Of a stretch of DNA of 64,000 nucleotides, positions 1-10,357 are shown piece after piece (within the stretch, counting starts at the first letter, position 1; each line of letters starts with the position of its first letter). A program made the translations under genes and the position numbers. Below the pieces are notes generated by a model, which saw only the letters and a program-made list of their open reading frames with translations, did no database searches and had not been told where the DNA came from. The stretch lies in contig CM120640.1 in assembly GCA_051362555.1 (NCBI GenBank), positions 70,472,788 through 70,536,787 on the forward strand, read 5' to 3'. Origin of the DNA: Lingula anatina (lineage: Eukaryota > Animalia > Brachiopoda).

Positions 1-508
1 CAGCTCCTGGGAGACTGAGAATTCATGTAAGCGCCGACACCTGACAAACCACCCATAAGCAGCCCCATGCCCAAGGACACTGTGCTACCTATAAGAAAAT
101 TATTACATTTGAGACAAGTACAGTGTCAAAATCTCAAAATCGTACAGGCTTAGCATTTTTGGGCTATTCAATATTTTCATACATTTATAATTAAAATTAT
201 TAATGATGTCGATTAACGTTATTGTTATTTGTCTCATTGGTTTAATTCAATCCATATATTTGTCCTCAATCCATGTTCATGGCACGAAGAACGGTGGTAA
301 CAATATTATGAGTGACAAAGTGGATCATTGGACACATTTACTGGCGCTACAATATACCCTTAAAACTCTGTGGCAATGGTTACGTACGCACTACAAACTA
401 CACACTGGAGCTTTGAAAATGCACAACGCTATTACCAGCTTTAATGTAGCCTATAATTCCACCAATCGTCACGAAGGCAGCATAACCGTATCCCACCAAG
501 TCAGCCAT
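1..508 (-). CDS. TMEM14C: TMEM14-family small membrane protein (partial; continues beyond window start)
   Basis: Coding exons 508-436 (MADLVGYGYAAFVTIGGIIGYIKA, donor gtaat) and 88-1 (acceptor ttttcttatag; GSTVSLGMGLLMGGLSGVGAYMNSQSPRS) join in phase. They give the typical TMEM14 GGxxGYxKxGS motif. The paralog suffix is a guess. Confidence 0.88.
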
Positions 509-760
509 CGTGTTGTTGGCTTCCTGTAAAGTTCGTCTTGGCTTCAATGAAAACTTGTACCAAAGGCTGGAACAAACAGTAAATTGGTGATAAAAATAAG
601 TTATTTTATTCAATTATACAAATATTTTTTCCTCACATATATAGAATTTTTATAATTCTGTATTATCAAATGGTCATTTATGCGATATATTATCTAAACT
701 CACCACCTTTGCAAAATATGGATCCTGACCTAATTTTATAGACATGCTCATCACTGATAA
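509..760. promoter_or_regulatory. Very short head-to-head region between the TMEM14 and PPP1R8 start codons (bidirectional promoter / 5' UTRs)
   Basis: Divergent ATGs at 508 (-) and 761 (+), 252 bp apart. A minus-strand acceptor at 524-525 and donor GTGAGT at 698-703 suggest a TMEM14 5'-UTR intron. Confidence 0.6.
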
Positions 761-3700
761 ATGGCGACTGTAAATGCTAATAATTTTGAGGTGCCCACTT
801 GGTAAGCAAATGTTTTCAACCGAGAGGAATAGAGCAATTGATTTAATAGTGCACTATGTTACACTCAGTCATTCCCATTCCGGATTGGAATTATATGCGT
901 TTTTATTAATACAACTCCTAATTTTCAATCTTATTATAATATTAAAAATGACCAAAAAATCAACAGCACAATGCCACAAACAGTGAAACTGTACATTCTT
1001 TCTTTCTCCGATCAGAGCAAATGTTATTAAATATGAAAAAATGTTTAATGTTTTACAGGGCTGGGAAACCCCCTCCTGGACTTCATTTAGATGTCCTCAA
1101 AGAGGGCAAAATGATTCAGGTAAGTGTAGTCAACCATGTCTAAGTTTGCATTCAGTGGATGTGGCTGGTTGCAGTAAGGTATGCCTACCCTCTACCAGGG
1201 TGGCAGATATTATAGGGAAAATGACCAAAAGCCAGAGATATGAAAATGACTGTCTATTTATCTTAAGACATATACCCCTGCAAACATACTTCACTGTTAC
1301 ACAGGGTAACAAATAGTATCCAGCTTTTACTAGTTTATCATGAGAACTGATTTACCATTTATAGGTTGCTCAAACACACCATGCTCATTAGTACCACCAG
1401 CGTGTACGCTGGCGGTACTCATGGTTTTAGTCTCGACCCGTCTCGTACGGCTCCGTAAGCTCCGCCGGCTCCATTGGCTCCGCAGGGTGTCGTGGGATAC
1501 AAGTCACCGTTACCGCTTCTCCTCCTAGACCGCAAGGACCTGTGTCCCCCTCTCTTGGATTTAGGTCACATATAATCTCAACTTGAACCCCCTTGTATTT
1601 TTGTCTCAGTCGGTGCTTTGGCCTGGGCGTGACGCTCGTTGAAACGCACCCTTGTCAAAATTTTGGAAAATTCAATGCTAAATATTTCCCAAACCGAAGG
1701 AATTATCGGAAAAATTACTACAAAAGTCTGACTGAAAGTCATATGTGGAGATTCCAAATATGCCCTGAGATTTGACTTTTGACCTTTATTTCAAGGTCAA
1801 ACGGGCCAAAGTTTTCTAAAAATGGGACTTTTCTGCAAAAAAAATATTTGTTTGTACCAATTTTCAGAAACTACACAGACCTAAGCTCTCATATTATGGT
1901 GAGGGGTTACAATCAGGGACTCCTTTCATCTTTGAGAGTTTGGGGTCAATAGGTGCATTTTCATGGGAGAAGAGGCCATTAGATATGAAACTGAAAACTT
2001 TCTCAAATTCTGGAACCGTAAATGCCAGAGACCTTTTGAATTTTGCAATTTGTAGGACTTGTCAAGCACAATACTGGAGGTGGTGTCCACGTTTTTGTTT
2101 TCGATACGGTTTAGGCGTTGCGCTGTATAAAAAAGTACAACGCAATATTCAGTGGTGAAAATAAAATGTGAATTACTCCAAAATTAGCAGAGATATGCTC
2201 ATAGTTCCTATTGAACTTGAACAGGAAGTCGTATACTGGCAATCTAACTGTGACCTTGAAATTGACCTTTGACCTACTTTTTATTCTGAACTGCACTTTG
2301 CAAATTTTCTGATCTTCATATCTCCAAAACTGGCAAAGATACGACCAGTTACTATTGAACTTGATTAGGAAGTCATATACTTGCAATCTAACTGTGACCC
2401 TGAAATTGACCTTTGACCTAATTTTCACCATTAACTGAACTTTGCAAATTTTCTATCCTTTATATCTCGAAAACTGGCAGAGATACACCCGAAGTTACTG
2501 TTGAACTTGAATAGGAAGTCATATAGTGGCAATCTAACTATGACCTTGAAATTGAGCTTTGACCTACTTTTTATGATGAACTGCACCTTGCATGTTTTCT
2601 GGAATTTATATCTCCAAAATTTGCAAAGAAACTCCCATGGTTACTATTTAACTTGAATAGGAAGTCATATACTGTGACCTTGAAATTGACCTTTGACCTA
2701 CTTTTTCACCAAGAACTGAACTTTGCAAATTTTCTATCCTTTATATCTTGAAAACTGGCAGAGATACACCCAAAGTTACTGTTGAACTTGAATAGGAAGT
2801 CATATACTGGCAATCTAACTATGACCTTGAAATTGAGCTTTGACCTACTTTTTATGATGACCTGCACCTTGCATGTTTTCTGGCATTTATATCTTCAAAA
2901 TTGGCAAAGAAATTCCCATGGTTACTATTGAACTTGAATAGGAAGTCATATACTGTGACCTTAAAATTGACCTTTGACCTACTTTTTCACCAAGAACTGA
3001 ACTTTGCATATTTTCTTGCCCCTCATATCTTCAAAACTAGCAGAGATATGCCCATAGTGTTGCCCAAGGTTTACTCTTTTATCAGCATACTACAGATGCA
3101 ACAATGATAACACATTTCAAGGAAAACCAATAGGTCTATTATGGAGCGCCATTCACGCAAAAAATGCAGACGTCAATTCAACAATCTATCGGCACTATTT
3201 AACAGCCAAAACCTACTTTAACTATCTAAACTTAATTCTACTAAATTAGTTGTGGTCATTTTTTCATCATCAAAATCTAACAATCAATAATAACGATTCA
3301 AAAGTCAGTTACTGCAACTCAACAATCAGTCACCGCAAATCAACAATCAGTTACTGCAACTCAACAATCAGTCACCGCAACTCAACAATCAGTCACCGCA
3401 ACTCAACAATGTATCAATGTATTTTTGCGTGAATGGCGTGAAAGCATGGTGCGCCATTCACGCAAAAAATACAGACGTCAAATCAACAATCTACCGGCAC
3501 TATTTAACCAAAACCTACTTTAACTATCTAAACTTAATTCTACTAAATAAGTTGTGGTCATTTTAATCATTCGTCAAAATCTAACAGTCAATAAACGATT
3601 CAAAAGTCAGTTACCGCAACTCAACAATGCATTTTTTGCGTGAATGGCGCGAATGCATGGTGCGCCATTCACGCAAAAAATGCAGACGTCAACTCAACAA

Positions 3701-6700
3701 TCAGTTGCCGTAACTCAACAATCAGTTGTCGCAAACGGTCATTCGCGGACTTAACACCAGATGGCGCGTGCGCACCGTCAGCGATCTGAAACGTCCTTGA
3801 CCTTTTCCATGTTTTCAATTCCGCATATTATGGGAGTACATGTGGTTCATCGTGTTCGTATTGTCATGATATAGTTAAGTATATAATAGTAGGATTGCGT
3901 TCAATCACATCATACTGAAATTAGATATGGCAATGAACCACATGTAGTTCCTACTCGAATAATATGCGGAATAGCACAGGTCTCAAACTACTGCGCATGC
4001 GCGAAAAGTACGCTGTTTGAAATAAACAAATACATTTATTTTCTCTTCACAAATAGGGTAATTCCTTTCGCATTTATAGTGTTATATGTGGCACCAAGGG
4101 GATTTTCCACCCCTCCCCCACTCTTGATTAATAAAATTATCCATCGGGAGGAATGAAAATTATATTGCAAAATACATTAAAAATTGCAGATAATGCTGTG
4201 AGGATATTCTAGGGAGTCATGCCGATACTCCCCCGTACTTATACTCCCCCGCACCGATACTTCTCCTTAGTAAATTTTTGCATTATGCACGTCAATACGA
4301 CCTCACACCGATAGATCCCCGCATCAATAAATCCCCTCTAGAATTGCCGTTAGGCCTATACGCGCACCGTTACTCCCCCGCAACGATACTCCCCGCATTA
4401 TTACTCCTCCTATGCAATTTCCACGAAACTGAGGGTCTGGGTAACGGAGAGTCATCCATCCATTTAATTATAGGCTACAGGTTAGGGTCAATCGACGTAA
4501 GTGGGTCAAAATCTAGGGCGGGGCTGAATTACCTATATGCAAATTGATGGGAACCGGACTGTCTATCATGGGAGAGTCTGTCACCTTGCATCGATTTTTT
4601 TCACATATAGATTTGAAAAATTGGTCAACGACTCGGAAGCACGGCCTACATTGTATAAGAAATACTTTTTTCAAATGGAAAAACGCTTTGGATATTGGTG
4701 AGATAAGTGAAAAAAAATGGCCACAGGGAGATCCTTGGTGATGTTGTTTTTATGCTATTGCGCAGTGCATACAAATCTTAATTGCTTACAATTGAGCATC
4801 GGTATTATACAAAAGAAGCCGCAAAGTTCCTAAAAAATCTTGGGCGACAACACATTAGTCTCGGTCACAACCGGCCGCACGGGCTCTTACGACCCGTTTG
4901 AGTCCAAATTTTGCGGAGAATCTCACGTGCCACGCAAGTCCTTTATGCGAAATTTCGAGTTCGCACGTATGTAAGCACGTACGGAGGATACTAAACATTT
5001 CCAATAGATTCTACAAATAATCTTTGTTACGCTTTATTCTACAAATAATCTCAAGTTACGCTTGCGGCCTCGCTGTTTAAATAATCTTTAAACAGCGAGG
5101 CCGCAAGCGTAACTTGCTCCCTTCGCAAGGAGTTTGCGAGGAGTTTGCAAGTGAGACTTGCGTGGTCCAAGATGCACGTCGCAAGCAATGAAAGAGAAAG
5201 TGCCCTTTGCGTGTTGAGTACGGCGCACGCCCTCACATCTATGACGAAGTAAGTCGAAAACACGGCAGGACTGCGAGAATAAAAGGTGTGCTCACGACGC
5301 ATGCTCGTGTCTCTACAATTTCGTTGTCCAACAATTTTCAAAAATTTTGAATTTTGCTCAGTTCAGATTCTAATATGCCTCCAAAAGACAAGGGAAAGAA
5401 GTTTAAGAGCAGAAAAGAACGTTGGAGAAAGATAACAGAAAACGAAGCGCTTTAGCACTGCTTTTTTATTATTTAATAATTAAACAAAATCATCGTTGCC
5501 TGAGGAAAAGACATAGCTGCGTCATCTTAGATTAAAACTAACTTTGCCTTAAGTAAATAAATAAAAGGGCGTATAATATAAATACGGTAACTACAGTAGG
5601 AGAACAATATTAATTTTGCACAAACATTTCTCAAATTTACAAGGCATAGCTGTAGGCCTACGGACTGTTAAGCTGCACGCAAAGTCTGAGATCGACTTCG
5701 AGTAAAGCCCTTTATTTTCCCCAATATATTTCGAATAAAATGTGTCAATTATGTGTCCCAAGAGGGTTGTGCAACTTTGAAAAAAATAGCATAATAGAAA
5801 GGGTTTTGAAGCACGATTTGTGTCTACAAAGCCCAGGGAATCTTTGCTTTGGGGAATAGTGTTTTTGCGGAGTATTGGTACGCGGGAGTATCAGTGGGGG
5901 GGTGGGGAGGGGGGGGTTTCGATGCGGGGATGTAAAGAAGCGGGGGAGTATCGGTGCGGGGGAGTATTGGTGCGGTGATGTAAAGAAGCGCGGGAGTATC
6001 GGATGCGGGGACGTATAGGCATTCTAGTCGGTGGCGAACTCGGCCAATATAAAAATTTTAACTTCGTCTTACGATTTTGGAGCGCCTGTTCTAATTTTTG
6101 AAAGCGAGGCAATGGAACCAAACGATACGAATCTCATAAAAATTGATATTTTTTAATAGAGGTTATAGCCGGGCGTACATCAAAAGGCGACTCGTTTATT
6201 ATTGTGATATGTAATAATAATTAATATAAAAGATACGATATAATAGGTTCTTGTCGAATAGCTTTATTGATTTTTTTAAGTATTTGGAGATTAAAAACAC
6301 AATTTAAGCTGAATGGTTTCAAATCGAGGCACCACGTATTTTAATACTGTTAAAACGATGGAAAAGGTCAAGGACGTTTCAGATCGCTGACGGTGCGCGC
6401 GCCATCTGGTGTTAAGTCCGCGAATGACCGTTTGCAGTAACTGATTGTTGAGTTGCTGTAACTGATTGTTGAGTTGCGATAACTGATTGTTGAGTTGCGG
6501 TGACTGATTGTTGAGTTGCGGTAATTGACTTTTGAATCGTTTATTGATTGTTAGATTTTGACGAATGATTAAAATGACCAAAACTAATTTAGTAGAATTA
6601 AGTTTAGATAGTTAAAGTAGGTTTTGGTTGTTAAATAGTGCCGATAGATTGTTGAATTGACTTCTGCATTTTTTGCGTGAATGGCGTTATATAGTCTATT

Positions 6701-9700
6701 GTCTAGAAAATCACAGGAGTGATCAATGTTAGGAAAATACAGGTCAATTCCAAAATCTGCATGATTGGACCATTTTTAGTTTTTGCATTTTTTCATATAT
6801 TTTGAGAACTCTTGTTGATTGCATTTAATAGAGCTTGTTAAGCACAAGACTGGAGGTGGTGTCCCTTTTTTTGGGGGGTTTTCCATACGAATGCGCTTAC
6901 TCCAGCTGGTGGTACAATATCCGGAGGCGGTATCGCCTCTCTGATCCTCTAGTTTTACATATTTGTGAACAGTTGGTGTATTGTTAAAAGCAATTGCAAC
7001 TTATTTTATCAAAGAATGCAATTAAACTGTCAAAAGTTAATTGTACTAATTTATGGCTATTCCATTTCAGAAATTAATGATTGACGAGAAAAAGTGTTAT
7101 TTCTTTGGCCGCAATAAACAGCTGTGTGATTTCTGCATTGACCATGCCTCCTGCTCTCGTGTTCATGCAGCTTTAGTGTGGCACAAACACCTAGGACGAC
7201 CCTTTATCATAGACCTGGGGAGCAGTAAGTATATTTTAACATCATGGTGAACGTCATTTGTAGTTATATTTTTATTAAAATTGTTGTTGTGAGTTTAGCA
7301 TCCTTTATCACCATGTACATAATGTACATCATTACACCACTACACCTGATGTAGCATGTAAGTCATACTGAAACAAGTGAATATCAACGACTATGATTCT
7401 TTTTTGCATTACTGTTTTTTGTCTGATAAAGAAAATTTATGTATGTTCAAAGATTATTTTGATTGTTAATTATATTGAAGAAAATTTAAACTGTTCAGTT
7501 TTTGCACTAACTGAAATGGTCTCTGGATCCAGTAGGACGAAGTCCCAAGTGTTGGGATGAATGCTTTAACAGGTGTGCTTTTACCTGTAAAAATTGAACA
7601 GTTTATATTTTCCTCAATATGAATAACAGTATTCCACAGATCAACTTCCATCAGGATTGATTGGTGTTTGTTTTCCAGCACATGGTACTTTCATAGGTCA
7701 CATCAGGCTTGACCTGAAGAAACCTCAGCAAGTCCCAATAGACAGTGAACTCCACTTTGGTGCCTCCTCGCGGGTCTATATTATCAGAGAGCGTCCTCAG
7801 ATGCCATCTACTTACTCAGATGATAAAGACAAAACAGGAGAAGAGATTGGAGAAGGAGGACTGCTGGGGTTGCCAGAGTCTGAGACTGAGCTAGAGGTGA
7901 TGAGGCAAACATTTAGTATGAAGAATAATGTTAACATTTTAAGAAGAAGGACATCCCCTGCAAAAATTTGTCTCATCTAATGTTCACTTTTCTAGAACAT
8001 ATGGTGTATATTTTTTACAGTTCTAATGTTGTTCTGTAATAAATGTAACAGTTCAAGAGCTGATTTTGGGAAGTCCTTCAGAATGTCCTAGAACAGATTA
8101 GGAACATTTTTCATTAAAAGAGAAAAATATTATGTTCTAGGACAGATTGAGAAGCGTAAGTGAGTGTTAAGTGAGACAAATTTTTGCATGGGATTTCAGC
8201 ATTTTTAGTCAAAGCAACTTTAAAATGGTACACTTACAAAATTTAATAATCTCTCAGTTATATTGTATTGTATCTGATATACTGAGTAACGTTATTGAAA
8301 AAGTACTTTTACTGTTTATTCTTTTATTTTGTAAACAGAATCTAACAGAATTCAACACAGCACATAATAGAAGGATAGCTGCCATAGGAGATATAGCGGA
8401 TGTCCCGATGGTGAACAGGAAGAGGCGGCGGAAATCTGTGGGGTTTAGAGAAGAGGACGAAGTCATTAATCCAGGTGAGTTAAACACATCTTAACATGTT
8501 TAAATTAAATGCTAAAACTAAATAATGATAAATTAAATGTTTCCTGCCAGCTAGGCTTGTCAGTTACATATAGGGACAGAAACCCGATTTATTTTGTTTA
8601 AAGGTATCATATCTGATATTTTCCCACCAAATACATCTTCCTCTCAGGGAAGAAACTTTTTTTTATCTAACACGCAAATCATAGCTCTACCCTTCACTGC
8701 ATTTGGATTTGATGTTTTATACAATTTCTTATTATTATTATTTCATTGTTAAAGACTGATTCTGTCACTTTTAGTTGTTTTTTTTTTCACTTTCGAGGTC
8801 TGCATTGGGACAGATAGTAGCTTTGCAAGAAATGTAAATGCAGAAAATACAAATCTGAGACATATTCATACACATATAGTATACTTTTATAGAAAAAGCT
8901 GAGAATATACTCAATTGCTGCATTTTTATGAAGTTGAAGTGATTAAATTCTGGGCATTTATTTCCCTATCAAAATGGTTAAAATGAAAAAAATCAGTTTG
9001 TTATAGTTTGAACCTTTGAGATTTTTTAGAAGTTTTTTTTTTTACCCTGGGGCTAAAATAAAGTATTTTAGAGTGAGCTCATTACTGTGGGAAAACATCA
9101 GAAATACTTTTCATTAAATTTATTATATTCATGATCATATGGTACCACTATTAGTCCCATTTTGTGTTCACCAAAATTTAACAGTAACTTACAGAATTCT
9201 TGTAAATGTATAATGGTTTTATGCATTTATGATAGATCTATGAAAATGGTATCCATACAATATTTTCAAATTCCTTGCAGAGGACATTGATCCCACAGTG
9301 GGTAGATTTAGGAACATGATCAGCACTATGGTAATCCCATCAAAGGTGAGAACAGAAGGCTGCCTTGATTCACATCAGCACTGATGCAGCACTGCCATAA
9401 TTGATGTTGATGGGAGAGTTGCATCAGAACTTGGTTATTTTGCTGGATATGCAGTTGTTAGGAACTGTTGCAATAATATATACCTCAGTATATACCTCAA
9501 CCACAACATACTACATTCACAATATACCTCACTCACAATTAAACAAGAACAACATGAAATGTAACTGAGCAGTAGTCAAGCTTATTAATGGTTAGGCAAA
9601 ATTGTTATTAATTGAGAAACAAATTTGTCACCTTAAGAACTGCATTACCAAAATAGTTTTAATGCTGTCCAATATTTTAAGATATTTTGATTATAACTTA

Positions 9701-10357
9701 ATATAAAGTCAGTAAGAAATTTTACATTCTGCTTTTCCATTTTATTAATTTACTTATTTATGAACAATTATTATTTATTTATTTATGAACATTTATGAAT
9801 GTGCCCTTTGAGATTTTTGTATATCTTGAAACAAGAGGAACTTGATAACATTTTCATCTTGCCAAGCACCTGTTATAATACATATGTGCATCATTGCACT
9901 GTCATTAGTTTACATCATGAAGGTGAACAGCACATCAAGTCAGGTGTTTTACTGCATACAGGTTTCTGGGGTTTTTAGCTGAGATATAACTTTAACATTG
10001 GTGCATATATATATTTCATTCCAGAAACCAAAGCTAGATGCAGCAGGCAGTGGGAGTTCCATGTTTCCTCAAGTTCGCCAAGGTCAAGGTCATTTTGGAT
10101 CACATTTATACTCAGATCTTCCGTCAGCCACAGACGAGACTGGACTGGTGAGCAGTACATATAGCATTGCCACCAAGCTTGGTCTTCCTGTGCCAAACCT
10201 GGCACCTGACTTAGAGGAAGTGTCCAGCTCCATGCTGCAGATAGCACCTGCTCCTGCTGTGGTCAGTATGGACATTGAACAGAAAGAACCCAAGAAGAAA
10301 AAATATGCCAAGGAAGCTTGGCCTGGGAAAAGACCTACTCCTGCCTTACTGGTGTAA
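761..10357 (+). CDS. PPP1R8: Nuclear inhibitor of protein phosphatase 1 (NIPP1), 7 coding exons
   Basis: Exons 761-801, 1059-1119, 7071-7224, 7679-7896, 8339-8474, 9281-9345, 10025-10357, all GT-AG and phase-compatible. Translation has PTWAGKPPPGLHLDV, an FHA domain (FGRN...DHASCSRVHAAL...STHGTFIG), LTEFNTAHNRRI, PP1-docking KSVGF, EDIDPTVGRFRNM and C-terminal KKKKYAKEAWPGKRPTPALLV, matching recalled NIPP1. Confidence 0.97.
2170..3060. repeat. ~145-bp tandem satellite-like array (about 6 units) inside the HINE
   Basis: Motif gaacttgaataggaagtcatatac...gaccttgaaattgacctttgaccta recurs, with ggaagtc at about 2224, 2367, 2514, 2660, 2795 and 2941. The last four units form a 281-bp dimer. Confidence 0.9.
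4213..6020. mobile_element. TIR element with short subterminal repeats (atactcccccgc / gcgggggagtat), innermost nested insertion
   Basis: Clusters of tactcccccgca at 4225-4400 are inverted at 5867-6012. Direct repeat attctag at 4206-4212 and 6021-6027. No intact transposase ORF. Confidence 0.65.
5052..5116. repeat. Perfect 30-bp inverted repeat with 5-nt loop
   Basis: caagttacgcttgcggcctcgctgtttaaa-taatc-tttaaacagcgaggccgcaagcgtaacttg. Confidence 0.95.

Larger units (their letters stand above)
3141..6693. mobile_element. Foldback-like non-autonomous DNA transposon with long modular TIRs, nested in the HINE
   Basis: 3147-3810 is inversely repeated at 6358-6686 (cgccattcacgcaaaaaatgcaga... 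/ ...tgcattttttgcgtgaatggcg). Arms contain 21-bp tandem subrepeats (aactcaacaatcagtYacYgc). Direct repeat gtctatt at 3134-3140 and 6694-6700. Confidence 0.8.
1388..6954 (+). mobile_element. Non-autonomous Helentron/HINE (DINE-1-like) element in PPP1R8 intron 2, interrupted by nested insertions
   Basis: 5' palindrome agtaccaccagcg-tgta-cgctggcggtact (1390-1419) followed by short ccgt/ctccg repeats. 3' subterminal inverted copy gctggtggtac (6905-6915), hairpin gaggcg-gtat-cgcctc (6924-6939) and terminal CTAG + TTTT (6949-6956). Confidence 0.75.

Noticed and set aside
6291-6581. Q/N-rich ORF (QLNNQ repeats)
   Set aside because: Translation of the 21-bp subrepeats in a transposon TIR.
9380-9427. 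Pre-miRNA-like hairpin in PPP1R8 intron 6
   Set aside because: Short (about 48 nt) and imperfect, with no recognisable mature miRNA; more likely a repeat remnant.
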